Counted from the first letter of the stretch, positions 19,259 through 29,175 are shown. The stretch is 64,000 nt of DNA from Vicinamibacterales bacterium (GCA_963744405.1 CAVUTO010000001.1:52339-116338); one strand, 5' to 3'. Notes: a model not told the origin generated them from the letters alone. Numbers and translations: made by a program.

Positions 19259-22200
19259 TGGTCACCGACGTCTTTATCAAACGGCCCGTCCTCGCGACCG
19301 TCTGCTCGGTTCTCATCACGCTCGCCGGGGCCATCTCGATTCCGACGCTGCCAATCGGCCGCTACCCTGAGCTGGCGCCGCCAACCGTCACCGTGAGCGC
19401 GTTTTATACCGGCGCGAATGCGCAGGCCGTCGAAAGCGCGGTCACCACGCCGCTCGAGTCGGTCATCAACGGCGTCGAGAGCATGCTCTACATCACCTCG
19501 GCCTCGACCAACAACGGCTTCTGCCAGATCACCGTGACGTTCGAAGTCGGCCGCAACCCCGATCTCGCCGCGGTCGACGTGCAGAACCGCGTCAACTCCG
19601 CCCTCGGCCGCATGCCGCTCGAGGTGCGCACCAACGGCATCACCGTCACGAAAGGCTCGACGGGATTCCTGGGCGGCTTCGGTTTTTACGCCGACGACAA
19701 TCGATACGACGCCCTCTTCATCAGCAACTACGTGGATCGGTACGTCCGTGACTCTCTGAAGCGCGTCCCGGGCGTCGCCGATCTCATCATGTTCGGCGAG
19801 CGCCGCTTCGCGATGCGCCTGTGGCTCGATCCGAACCGCCTCGCCGGACATGGGTTGACGGCCAGCGACGTCAGCAACGCGCTGCGCGAGCAGAACGTGC
19901 AGGTCGCCGCCGGATCGGTCGGCGCGCAGCCGTCTTCCGTAGATCAGATGTTCCAGCTCAGCGTGCGTGCGGCGGGACGCTTGACTGAAGTGCGTGAGTT
20001 CGAGGACATCATCGTCAAGGCTGGGCAGGACGGCGCGCTGGTGCGCGTCCGCGATATCGGCCGAGTCGAGCTCGGTGCCGAAGACTACTCGTCGCGGGTG
20101 CGATTCGGCGGCGTCGAAGCCGCGGGGCTTGCGGTGGCGCTTCTGCCGACAGCCAATGCCATCGACACGTTCCGCGGCGTCATTGCAGAAATGGAACGCC
20201 TTGACGATCAGTTCCCACCCGGCCTTCAATGGCGACTCGCCTTCGACAACGTCACGATCGTTCGCGAGTCGATCATCGAGGTGCTCATTACGCTGGCCGA
20301 GGCGATTGCGCTCGTCATCCTCGTGATGTTCCTGTTCCTGCAGAACTGGCGCAGCACGGTGATTCCTGCGATCACGATTCCGGTGTCGCTCATAGGAACG
20401 TTCGCGTTCGTGAAACTCCTCGGCTATTCGATCAACACGCTGACGCTCTTCGGCATCGTGCTCGCGACGGGCATCGTCGTCGACGACGCGATCGTCGTGA
20501 TTGAGAACATCGAACGACACATGCGCGAGTTCGGCAAGAGCGCGCGCGACGCGGCCGTCGATGCGATGCGCGAGGTGTTCTCCGCCGTCGTTGTCATCGG
20601 CATCGTGCTCGTCGCGGTCTTTCTACCGGTCGCGTTCTTTCCCGGCACGACGGGCCGCATGTATCAGCAGTTTGCGATGACGATCACCTTCGCGGTGATC
20701 CTGTCGGTCTTCAACGCCGTCACGTTTACACCTGCGTTGTCGGCGCTGCTGCTCGACAAGGAGAGCCACACTCACGGCAGGTTCTTCACCGGTGTGAACC
20801 GGGTCATCGACGGGGGCACGGATCTGTACGTGCGCGCGGTCGACGGCGCGCTGCAGTGGAAGTGGGCGATGGCGCTCGTCTTCGTCTTGTCGCTGGGAGC
20901 CACGTGGTGGGTCTATCGCGCCGTGCCCAGCGCGTTCGTTCCGGCCGAGGACGAAGGCTACTTCATGACGATCGTGCAGGCGCCGTCCGGCGCATCCCTT
21001 GAATACACCACGAAAATCATGGAGCAGGTCGAACAGATCTATTTCAAGCAGCCGGAGATCGCGGGCGTGTTTTCACTTGCCGGGTTCAGCTTCAGCGGCG
21101 CAGCGTCGAACAACGGCATGATGTTCGCCCGCCTGAAGACATTTGATGAACGCGAAGGCGATGAGCATTCGCTCGACGCGGTGCTGAATCGCGTGCGCGG
21201 ACAGCTCGTCGGCATTCCGGGCGCGATGGTCATCCCCGTCGCGCCTCCGGCCATTCAAGGTGTCTCGAGGTTCGGCGGACTTCAGATGGAGGTCCTCGAT
21301 CTGGCGGGCGGCGACATCGGCCAGCTGTCGCAGGTGACGCAGCAGGTCGCGGCCGCCGGCAACCAGTCGGGCCGCGTGGCCGGGCTGTTTTCGGCCTTCA
21401 CGGCGAACGACCCGCAGCTTGTCGTGACGATGGATCGTGACAAGGCGCGGTCGCTCGGATTGCCGATCCGCGAGGTGACCGACGCGCTGGCGGTGCTGCT
21501 GGGATCGCAGTATGTAAACGACTTCGACTTCAACAACCGCGCTTACCGCGTGTACGTGCAGGGCGATCAGCAATTCCGCGCGCAGCCGGCAGACCTCAGC
21601 CAGTACTACGCACGGGCGTCGAACGGCGATATGGTTCCGCTGTCTGCTGTGGTTCGAACGTCGGAAACGACGGCGCCGGCAGTCATCAATCACTTCAACC
21701 TGTTTCGCTCGACCGAAATCACGGGTTCTGCGCTGCCGGGTGTGAGCTCGGGACAGGCGCTGCAGGAGATGGAGCGGGTCGCGCGCGAGACGTTACCGCA
21801 AGGCTTCGACTTCGCCTGGGCGGGAATGTCGCTCGAAGAAACAAAGTCGGGCAGCCAGGCAGCGTATCTGTTCGCCCTGTCGATCGTGCTCGTCTATCTC
21901 GTGCTCGCCGCGCAGTACGAGAGCTGGGTGCTGCCTTTCATCATTCTGCTCGGCGTGCCGCTGGCGGTGTTCGGCGCGTTGAGCGCGCAGTTGATTCGCG
22001 GATTCTCGAACGACGTGTTCTGCCAGGTTGGTCTCGTCATGTTGATCGGTCTCGCGGCAAAGAACTCGATTCTCATCGTCGAGTTCGCGGAGCAGCTGCG
22101 GGGACAGGGGCGATCGATTGTCGAGGCTGCGGTCGAAGCTGCGCGCATCAGACTTCGGCCTATTCTGATGACATCGTTCGCCTTCATCCTGGGCGTGCTT

Positions 22201-22392
22201 CCGCTTGCCTACGCGACAGGCGCGGGCGCCGGCGCCCGAAACTCAGTTGGGACGGCGGTGGCCGGCGGCATGCTCGCGTCGACCTTTCTGTCGATCCTGT
22301 TTATTCCGGTGCTTTACGTGATTATTCGGAGTATCGCGCCCGGAAAGATCCGCCATGCACAAGTGACGGCCGCGGGAGGCGCGCATGTTTAG
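19258..22392 (+). CDS. RND (HAE1/AcrB-type) inner-membrane efflux permease
   Basis: Intact 1044-aa ORF. It begins FIKRPVLATVCSVLITLAGAISIPTLPIGRYPELAPPTVTV and carries VDDAIVVIENIERH plus paired 6-TM halves. Confidence 0.95.
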   Translation: MVTDVFIKRPVLATVCSVLITLAGAISIPTLPIGRYPELAPPTVTVSAFYTGANAQAVESAVTTPLESVINGVESMLYITSASTNNGFCQITVTFEVGRNPDLAAVDVQNRVNSALGRMPLEVRTNGITVTKGSTGFLGGFGFYADDNRYDALFISNYVDRYVRDSLKRVPGVADLIMFGERRFAMRLWLDPNRLAGHGLTASDVSNALREQNVQVAAGSVGAQPSSVDQMFQLSVRAAGRLTEVREFEDIIVKAGQDGALVRVRDIGRVELGAEDYSSRVRFGGVEAAGLAVALLPTANAIDTFRGVIAEMERLDDQFPPGLQWRLAFDNVTIVRESIIEVLITLAEAIALVILVMFLFLQNWRSTVIPAITIPVSLIGTFAFVKLLGYSINTLTLFGIVLATGIVVDDAIVVIENIERHMREFGKSARDAAVDAMREVFSAVVVIGIVLVAVFLPVAFFPGTTGRMYQQFAMTITFAVILSVFNAVTFTPALSALLLDKESHTHGRFFTGVNRVIDGGTDLYVRAVDGALQWKWAMALVFVLSLGATWWVYRAVPSAFVPAEDEGYFMTIVQAPSGASLEYTTKIMEQVEQIYFKQPEIAGVFSLAGFSFSGAASNNGMMFARLKTFDEREGDEHSLDAVLNRVRGQLVGIPGAMVIPVAPPAIQGVSRFGGLQMEVLDLAGGDIGQLSQVTQQVAAAGNQSGRVAGLFSAFTANDPQLVVTMDRDKARSLGLPIREVTDALAVLLGSQYVNDFDFNNRAYRVYVQGDQQFRAQPADLSQYYARASNGDMVPLSAVVRTSETTAPAVINHFNLFRSTEITGSALPGVSSGQALQEMERVARETLPQGFDFAWAGMSLEETKSGSQAAYLFALSIVLVYLVLAAQYESWVLPFIILLGVPLAVFGALSAQLIRGFSNDVFCQVGLVMLIGLAAKNSILIVEFAEQLRGQGRSIVEAAVEAARIRLRPILMTSFAFILGVLPLAYATGAGAGARNSVGTAVAGGMLASTFLSILFIPVLYVIIRSIAPGKIRHAQVTAAGGAHV

Positions 22393-23654
22393 GACCCTGA
22401 CAGGGTCATTGGTGGCTGCCCTGCTGACTGCCCCGGTGCTGGCGCAAACGGCGCCGCCGATGGAAACAGTGACGCTCGAGCAGGCGGTCGAGCGGGCTCT
22501 GAAGAACAATCCGACGGTCGCGCAGGCGGCGCAGGGCATCCTGCGCGCCGAAGGGCTGCTGCAGCAGGCGCGCTCGGCGGCGATGCCCTTCATCAACGCA
22601 CGGATCAACACCGTGCTCAACAGCACCGAGCGCCGCTTCGACGACGTCGTGACCAGTCCGCAAATGCAGGGAACGGTGTCGGCACAGATTGGGATGCCGT
22701 TGCTGGCCGCGTCGAGATGGGCCGCTGCGGCCCAGGCGCGCGATCAGGTGGAGATCGAATCCCTCTCGAGCGCCGACGTGCGCACCGACATTGCGGTCTC
22801 GACCGCGCAGGCGTATCTCGCAATTATCGCGCTCAAGCGCGAGGTCGAAGTGACACAGAGCGCGTACCGACACCTCTCTCGCTCACCTCGACTACGCGCG
22901 GAGACGACTCGAGGCCGGGGCGGGGACGCGGGTCAACGAGCTGCGGGCCGGCCAGGAAGTCGCCACGAACGAAGCGAGGCTCGAGACGGCGCAGCTCGGC
23001 GTGCGCCGCGCGCAGGAAGCGCTCGGGGTGCTCATCGTGTCGGAGGGCCCGGCCGATGCCGGCGTCGAACCGGCATTCGAGATCCCTGCCGTTATCGACG
23101 AAGCCGGATGGATGGCCTTACGCCCCGACCTGCGGCTCTTCACCGCACAGGAGCGCGCATCCGAACGCATTTGGCGCGACAGTTCGAAGGACTGGTTTCC
23201 GACGGTCATCGCATCGTTCGATCCCCAGGCGATCGTGCCGGCGAGTATTTTCACCTCGCCACGGAGCTGGCGATTCGACGTCACGGTCACCCAGCCTCTC
23301 TTCGATGGCGGGCAGCGGCGCGGGCTGAAGCGCGTGCGCGAGGCCAACTTCGTGGATTCCCAACTTGCGCTCAGAGGCCTGCAAATTGAGGCGAGATCGG
23401 AGGTGCGGGTCGCGCAGGACAGGGTCCGCAGTTCGGAACGCGCACTCGCCTTCCTGCGCTCGGCGGCCGGTCAGGCCGCCGAAGTGCTGAAGATCACCTC
23501 ATTCGCGTTCGAAGCCGGCGCGACGACGAACCTCGAAGTGATCGACGCGCAACGCCAGGCGCGAGACGCCGATACGGCCGCGGTGATAGCCGAACATTTG
23601 CTGCGACGAGCACAGCTCGATCTGCTAACTGCTTTGGGGAGATTCCCGCAGTGA
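22385..23654 (+). CDS. TolC-like outer-membrane efflux factor, one frameshift as assembled
   Basis: ATG 22385 overlaps the RND stop. The signal peptide is MFRTLTGSLVAALLTAPVLAQ, followed by LEQAVERALKNNPTVAQA. The frame changes near 22865-22870 (gcgtac-c-gacacc). It continues DTSLAHLDYARRRLEAGAGTRVNELRA... to GRFPQ (ORF 23001-23654 and its upstream extension). Confidence 0.85.
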
Positions 23655-23658
23655 TCGT

Positions 23659-23735
23659 GTCTCACCGCAACGACGCAACGGCGCAAAGATCTTCTTGAAG
23701 GAATTCGTAGCGTCGTGGCGTCTTAGCGGTAAGAG
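23659..23735. repeat. REP-like palindromic element, family copy 4
   Basis: gtctcaccgcaacgacgcaacggcgcaaagatc - ttcttgaaggaattc - gtagcgtcgtggcgtcttagcggtaagag. The right arm overlaps the last codons and stop of the amidohydrolase gene (23723). A loop-plus-right-arm half copy is at 25006-25049 (ttcttcaaaaagaattctgcggcgccgcgtcgttgcagtgaggac). Confidence 0.75.
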
Positions 23736-24994
23736 TACGGATTCCCGTCGATCCACACGGACTCGATCGTTCGTGTGTTCCTGATGTCGGCGAGCGGATC
23801 GGCAGCGAGCACCACGAAGTCGGCGCGCTTGCCGGGCTGGAGCGTGCCCACTTCCTTGTCGATGCCCATCACTTTCGCGGCATTGCCGGTCGAGGCGACG
23901 AGCGTCTGCATCGGCGTCATGCCGGCCTTCACCATCAGTTCCATTTCGACCTGCTCGAAGTAGCCCTGCCATCGGCCAAGGCCGGTGCCGCTGTCGGTGC
24001 CCATCGCAATCATCACGCCGCCGTCCGACAGCAGCTTGAGGTTGCGCAGCGCCTGTTCGAATTGCTGCTTCGCCCGAAGCGTGCCGGGATTCGCTTTCGT
24101 CTTCGCATGCACTGCGGGATCCTTTACACGCTCGATTTGCGCCGCATACACCGGCAGCCCGCGCAGGAAGAACGGGTCGTTCACATATTCGGGTGTCGAT
24201 TCGTACTGAAACACCGACAGGTCGCGAGTAAGCGTGGGAATGTAGCCGACGTTGCGACGCTTCAGGTCCGCTACGAAGGCCGTGTCGACATCCTGATCAC
24301 GGATACTGTGCGCGATCACATCAAGGCCGGCGTTCACGAGCCCCTTCGCGTCGGCCAGATTGACCAGGTGGGCCGCAACACGCAGCTTCCGCTTGTGCGC
24401 TTCGTCGATCAGCGCCGTATACACCTCCGGCCGCATGTTGGCGCCGCTGTTGCCCTCGCCGATGCCCGTCTTGATGATATTGACGCGCCGCGCATGACGA
24501 TCGGCAATCGTTTTCCGAGCCTCTTCGGCCGTACCGGCGGTTGCGCGGGCCCCGGACACGAACACTCGCGCGCGGGTGAGCGGGACGTTGTTGTTCTCCT
24601 CGCTTACACGCACACTCTGCACGCCGTCGTCGCCGAGCGCGTACACCGTCGTCACACCGAATTTCGGATAGAGCTGCAGCTGCTGGATGATCTGATCGTA
24701 GACAGGCAACTTGTTGTCGCCGTGGCCGAGATGCCCGTGTGCGTTCACGAGCCCGGGGACGATCGTCTTGCCTGCGACATCGATTCGCGTCGCGCCGGCG
24801 GGAATCTTCAGCGATGCTGTCGGCCCGATCCGCTCGATGCGCGCGTTGCTGACAAGGACGGTCGCGTTCGCCATTGGCGCCGCGCCGGTGCCGTCAATGA
24901 CAGTCGCACCGACAAGCGCGATTGTTCCTGGTGCTTGTCCTGACACAGCGGCAATCCAGGCAGCCGCCACGGTTAGAATCAACACTCGTTTCAT
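23723..24994 (-). CDS. Secreted amidohydrolase-family metallohydrolase
   Basis: The start is taken at ATG 24994: MKRVLILTVAAAWIAAVSGQA. It has IALVGATVIDGTGAAP...GKTIVPGLVNAHGHLG (the HxH metal motif) and later VAAHL / IAHS / GTDSG strings. Confidence 0.85.
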   Translation of the reverse strand: MKRVLILTVAAAWIAAVSGQAPGTIALVGATVIDGTGAAPMANATVLVSNARIERIGPTASLKIPAGATRIDVAGKTIVPGLVNAHGHLGHGDNKLPVYDQIIQQLQLYPKFGVTTVYALGDDGVQSVRVSEENNNVPLTRARVFVSGARATAGTAEEARKTIADRHARRVNIIKTGIGEGNSGANMRPEVYTALIDEAHKRKLRVAAHLVNLADAKGLVNAGLDVIAHSIRDQDVDTAFVADLKRRNVGYIPTLTRDLSVFQYESTPEYVNDPFFLRGLPVYAAQIERVKDPAVHAKTKANPGTLRAKQQFEQALRNLKLLSDGGVMIAMGTDSGTGLGRWQGYFEQVEMELMVKAGMTPMQTLVASTGNAAKVMGIDKEVGTLQPGKRADFVVLAADPLADIRNTRTIESVWIDGNPYSYR

Positions 24995-25056
24995 GCTGTG
25001 CTCGTTCTTCAAAAAGAATTCTGCGGCGCCGCGTCGTTGCAGTGAGGACAGTAAAT

Positions 25057-26208
25057 TTAACCCGGCGACGATCCCTGCGTATTCGTGTACACCGCGTAGA
25101 GCGACTGCCCTGCGGCCATGAAGAGCCGGTTGCGCTTCGGGCCGCCGAAAGCGACGTTGGCGCACACCTCCGGCAAGCGGATGCGGCCGATCAATTTCCC
25201 CGCAGGGTTCCACACGGTTACCCCGCTGTAGCCGACATTGGCACCCGCGTTGCTGCTGGCCCACAGATTCCCGAACACGTCGGTGCGGATGCCGTCGGTG
25301 CGGCACGTGATGCCGTCGACCATGAAATCGGCAAACTGGCTGGGCTTGCCTACTTGATGCGCCGGCCCGACAACGTCGAGCACCGACACAAGACCGCGAT
25401 TCACGACGTACAGCCGCTTGTAGTCGGGCGAGAAGGTAATGCCGTTGGGGATGGCGCCGAGCGCCTCTTCGCTGATGACCATATCGATGCGGCCGCTCGG
25501 ATCGGCACGATAGACGTTGCAGCTCAACTCGCGCTTCAACACACCCGATCCCGCCGGCTGCCCTACCTTCGCATTGAGGCGCCCCTCCTTATTACTTGGA
25601 CCGCCCGCCGCGTCCGGCATCCCTTCGTAGAGCTGTCCGCCGTACGGCGGATCGGTGAACCAGTAGCTGCCATCCTGATGGCATGCGACGTCGTTCGGCG
25701 AGTTCAGCCGCTTGCCCTGAAACGAGTCGGCAATCACCGTGATCGAGCCGTCGTGCTCGTAACGCACAACGCGTCGCCCCGAGTGTTCGCACGAGAGCTG
25801 GCGTCCCTGATGATCGAACGTATTGCCGTTGCTGTTGCCCGACGGCTGCCGAAACACAGTGACGCGCGCGTCGTCTTCGATCCACCGCATCTGGCGGTTG
25901 TTCGGAATGTCGCTCCAGATGAGATATTGCCCCTGCCCGTTCCATGCGGGTCCCTCGCACCACATCCCGCCGGTCCAGAGCCGCTGGATCGGCGTGTTAC
26001 CGACTCGCAGCGCGTTGAACGACGGGTCGTGCGTGAGGATGTCGGGATCGGGATAGGTGACGGGCCCCGAAAAGTCGCGTGGCGGATTCGAGATGACGCT
26101 CGGCGGATCGGCCTTCTGCGCTGTTTGTGCGCTGACGAGGCGCGGAGCGAGTGCTGCGCCCGCGGCGCCGCCGATTCGGATTAAGGCTTCACGGCGAGAA
26201 AAACTCAT
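25057..26208 (-). CDS. SMP-30/gluconolactonase/LRE-family beta-propeller with Tat signal
   Basis: The start is ATG 26208 (RBS ggaggg): MSFSRREALIRIGGAAGAALAPRLVSAQ. It carries CEGPAWNGQGQYLIWSDIPNNR, PNDVACHQDGSYWFTDP and PNGITFSPD, typical of the family. The start overlaps the upstream gene end by 20 nt. Confidence 0.8.
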   Translation of the reverse strand: MSFSRREALIRIGGAAGAALAPRLVSAQTAQKADPPSVISNPPRDFSGPVTYPDPDILTHDPSFNALRVGNTPIQRLWTGGMWCEGPAWNGQGQYLIWSDIPNNRQMRWIEDDARVTVFRQPSGNSNGNTFDHQGRQLSCEHSGRRVVRYEHDGSITVIADSFQGKRLNSPNDVACHQDGSYWFTDPPYGGQLYEGMPDAAGGPSNKEGRLNAKVGQPAGSGVLKRELSCNVYRADPSGRIDMVISEEALGAIPNGITFSPDYKRLYVVNRGLVSVLDVVGPAHQVGKPSQFADFMVDGITCRTDGIRTDVFGNLWASSNAGANVGYSGVTVWNPAGKLIGRIRLPEVCANVAFGGPKRNRLFMAAGQSLYAVYTNTQGSSPG

Positions 26209-27709
26209 CCAACCCTCCGTCTTTGTACTTGTTCTGTATCGCCAGGATGTCGTCCAGGCACTCAAAGAATACATCGATGACACGGGGATCGAAGTGCTTG
26301 CCTCTGCCGTCGCGGAGTATCTGCAGCGCGTCTTCGTTTGGGAATGCCGGCTTGTACGGCCGCTCGCTCGTCACCGCATCGAACACGTCGGCCACCGCAC
26401 AAATCCGCCCCCACAACGGGATATCGCTGCCCACGAGTCCGCCTGGGTACCCGCCGCCATCCCAGCGTTCGTGGTGATTCAGTGCAATCACCCGTCCCGC
26501 TTGCAGGATCTGCGACGACGAGTTCTCGAGAATCCTGCCGCCGATCGCCGAGTGCTGCCGCATGACCTTCCACTCCTGCGTGTTGAGCTCTGCCGGCTTG
26601 CGTAGGATCGCTTCGGGCACGGCAATCTTGCCGACATCGTGCATGCGGCTCGCGTGAAGGATCAGCTCGACCTCTGAGGGCGGCAGCTTGAGGCCGCGCG
26701 CGATGACCGCGCTGTATTCGCTCATGCGCTGGATATGGTGGCCGGTGATCTTGTCTTTGTATTCGGCGAGGATCGCCAGCCGCTCGACCGTTTCGAGTTG
26801 TGCCTGGTACGCCACGCGCTGCGCCTCGGCCATATGCTCGAGCGCCTTGCGAAGGCTGACCGTGCGCTCTTCGCACATCGTCTCGAGGTGCGCTTGATAG
26901 CGTTTCACCTCGTCGTGCGCCATCTTCATCCTGAGGAGCGATGTCGTGCGGACGCGGAGCTCGGTCTCGTCGACGGGCTTGGCAATGAAATCGTTCGCAC
27001 CGGCTTCCACCGCGTGCAACCGGTGCTCTCTCGTCTCGAGGGTCGTCACCATGATGACTGGAACATCCCTGCCGAGCGGATCCTGACGGATGCGGCGGCA
27101 CACATCGAACCCGTCGAGCCCTGGCATGACCACGTCGAGGAGCACGAGATCGACGCCGAGATGAAGCTTCGCGAGTCCTTCGAGCCCGTCGCGGGCAGCT
27201 TCGACGTCGTGTCCGAGACCTTCGACGAGCATCTGCGTGATCCTTCGAATGCCCTCATCATCGTCGATGACGAGAATGCGCCTGCGGCCGAGGCCCGGAG
27301 GCGGCTGCTGCGAGCGATGCGCAGGAAGCGCCGCCCCGCCGGGCAGGGTCTCGGTCCAGCCGACGAGAGCTTTGCGGATGGATTCGATGCCCGACTCGAG
27401 CTGTGCCACCAGCGGAGTGACCTGGTCCAACGAGCCGCTGCGCGCGGTCTTGACGAGCTCGGCGCACGCGCGCGCGACCGACTCGGCGCCAACGATGGCG
27501 ACGCTGCCTTGCAGCGAGTGGGCTGCCCGATAGAGCGCTTCGCGGTCGCCTCTTGCAGCGGCGTTGCGGACGGCCTCCATCTGGCCCGAGCTCTCGCCCA
27601 TGAGCGAATCGATGAGCTGCGCGACCAGTCCGCGGGAACCGCGCGCCTCGAGACGGCGCAGGTGCCGAGTGACTTCGCCCGCGGGATCGAATGTGTGTCG
27701 TTGGTTCAC
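26189..27709 (-). CDS. Hpt - receiver - HD-GYP (c-di-GMP phosphodiesterase-type) response regulator
   Basis: Intact 506-aa ORF with GTG start. The Hpt-like N-terminus is REALYRAAHSLQGSVAIVGA. The REC domain reads RILVIDDDEG...DLVLLDVVMPGLDGFDV...IMVTT...FIAKP. The HD-GYP domain reads HHIQRMSEY...HDVGKIAVPEAIL...HHERWDGGGYPGGL. Confidence 0.85.
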   Translation of the reverse strand: MNQRHTFDPAGEVTRHLRRLEARGSRGLVAQLIDSLMGESSGQMEAVRNAAARGDREALYRAAHSLQGSVAIVGAESVARACAELVKTARSGSLDQVTPLVAQLESGIESIRKALVGWTETLPGGAALPAHRSQQPPPGLGRRRILVIDDDEGIRRITQMLVEGLGHDVEAARDGLEGLAKLHLGVDLVLLDVVMPGLDGFDVCRRIRQDPLGRDVPVIMVTTLETREHRLHAVEAGANDFIAKPVDETELRVRTTSLLRMKMAHDEVKRYQAHLETMCEERTVSLRKALEHMAEAQRVAYQAQLETVERLAILAEYKDKITGHHIQRMSEYSAVIARGLKLPPSEVELILHASRMHDVGKIAVPEAILRKPAELNTQEWKVMRQHSAIGGRILENSSSQILQAGRVIALNHHERWDGGGYPGGLVGSDIPLWGRICAVADVFDAVTSERPYKPAFPNEDALQILRDGRGKHFDPRVIDVFFECLDDILAIQNKYKDGGLDEFFSP

Positions 27710-27720
27710 CGTTGTGCCGT

Positions 27721-28239
27721 TTACCGTTTACCGTTCAAAGTTTGAAGGCGCTCGAGGGTATCGCTGCAGAAGCCCACGAGCTGTTCGGTTGTGAGATCCG
27801 ACGCGAACTCTTCGGTGAGCTGCAGCGTATGGCGCTCGCAGCCGCGCACGACATTCTCATACTCCTGGCACGCGCGCGCAACGTCGCCGCGCTCGCGGTA
27901 GAGGTTCCCGAGCCAGAAGTGCCCGAGCGCCAGTGAATCGTCCAGATAAAGCGCCCGGCGCAGCGACTGCACTGCATCTTCATGACGCTGGCGTCGCGCC
28001 GCGATCATGCCGAGCAGCAGATGCGCGCGCGCCTCCAGATCGTTCACTTTCAGTGCCGTCTCCGCCTTTGCCATCGCATCGTCGAGTCGCCCTCTATGAG
28101 CGTACAGGCCACCGAGCAACAACAATCCTGGCACGAACGTCGGGCACGCCTCGACGAGAGCAGTGAGCGCCAACTCGGCCCCGGCCCAGTCGCCCGCACG
28201 AAACGCGGCGAGGCAGGAATCGGTACTCGGTTGAGGGAT
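27721..28239 (-). CDS. TPR domain ORF, probably the C-terminal domain of the upstream CheR (WspC-like fusion broken by a frameshift)
   Basis: The frame is open from 28239: IPQPSTDSCLAAFRAGDWAGAELALTALVEACPTFVPGLLLLGGLYAHRGRLDDAMAKAETALKVND...HFWLGNLYRERGDVARACQEY. Its only in-frame start is TTG 28173 with no clear RBS. The CheR frame overlaps it down to 28094. Confidence 0.7.
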   Translation of the reverse strand: MPQPSTDSCLAAFRAGDWAGAELALTALVEACPTFVPGLLLLGGLYAHRGRLDDAMAKAETALKVNDLEARAHLLLGMIAARRQRHEDAVQSLRRALYLDDSLALGHFWLGNLYRERGDVARACQEYENVVRGCERHTLQLTEEFASDLTTEQLVGFCSDTLERLQTLNGKR

Positions 28240-29077
28240 TCACCGCTGACGAATTTGCCGTAGTGTCCGCCTTCAGGCGGACCTGCGCGGTCCGGCCAAA
28301 GCCGGACACTACCGATTTTGACGTGACCGGCGTTTGCGCGCCGTGCTCGCTCTTCCGATAACAAAACGCATGGTCGTGCTCGACAAGCGAAAAGTCCTCG
28401 GACACCTGCCAGAGCGACTCGGCGTGCCCCAGCAGCAGGAAGCCGCCTGGCGCGAGCGTATCGCGAATCCCTCCGATCAGCTTGCGTGTGACGTCGCCGC
28501 TGAAATATATCGCGACGTTCTTGCAGAACACGACGTCCTGCCGGCCTGTCGACGGCATCGGCGTCCGCGTAAGGTTGCCGAATTCGAAGTTGACGCGGCC
28601 CCGGATGGCGTCCTTCAGCACAAATGTTTTCCCATCGCCGACAAAATATTCGTCGAGCAGCCGCCCTTCAACATTACGGACGGCGCGCGCGGTGTACACA
28701 CCGCGGCGCGCCTTCTCGAGCGCCTCGCTGTTGAGATCCGTACCGATGATCTCGACGGTCCAGTCCGGGTGGGCTTGATACAGACCCATATCGTCGAGCG
28801 TGATGGCGATGGAATAGGCCTCTTCGCCGCTGGAGCAGCCGGCACTCCAGATGCAGATTTTCTTCGAGCGGTCCTCGTTCTTTGAACGCGCGGAGATCAA
28901 CGTCGGCACGATGTAATCGCGAAGGAGGCGGAACTGCGAGGCGTCACGGAAAAAGCAGGTTTCGGTCACCGTGACCAGGTTCAGCAGATTCCGCAGCTCG
29001 CTTTCGACGATGCCCGGAACAGCACCCCGCAATCGATAGAGGTATTCGTCTTCACTCAGAAGGCCAAGCTGCTGCAT
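28094..29077 (-). CDS. cheR: CheR-type chemotaxis protein methyltransferase (SAM-dependent)
   Basis: 327-aa ORF with TETCFFRD, ICIWSAGCSSGEEAYSIAI and VVFCKNVAIYF...LAPGGFLLLGHAES. The frame stays open upstream of ATG 29077 (IADLASFAAVRNLIEERCGLRFDDSQRGSLSDSVATR), so the true start is near 29170-29204 and overlaps the cheB end; no canonical start was identified there. The last ~75 codons (from about 28320) read through a 53-nt palindrome and are then out of frame with the TPR. Confidence 0.85.
   Translation of the reverse strand: MQQLGLLSEDEYLYRLRGAVPGIVESELRNLLNLVTVTETCFFRDASQFRLLRDYIVPTLISARSKNEDRSKKICIWSAGCSSGEEAYSIAITLDDMGLYQAHPDWTVEIIGTDLNSEALEKARRGVYTARAVRNVEGRLLDEYFVGDGKTFVLKDAIRGRVNFEFGNLTRTPMPSTGRQDVVFCKNVAIYFSGDVTRKLIGGIRDTLAPGGFLLLGHAESLWQVSEDFSLVEHDHAFCYRKSEHGAQTPVTSKSVVSGFGRTAQVRLKADTTANSSAVNPSTEYRFLPRRVSCGRLGRGRVGAHCSRRGVPDVRARIVVARWPVRS
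28260..28312. repeat. 53-nt nested palindrome inside the CheR-TPR linker
   Basis: The outer stem is gtagtgtc/gacactac. It encloses the hairpins ccgcc-ttca-ggcgg and tccggc-caaa-gccgga. The cheR frame translates it without a stop as VVSGFGRTAQVRLKADTT. Confidence 0.8.
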
Positions 29078-29175
29078 CCGCGTAGCGACCGAGTCAGACA
29101 GCGACCCTCGCTGGCTGTCGTCGAAGCGAAGCCCGCAGCGCTCCTCGATGAGGTTCCGGACGGCGGCAAACGAGG

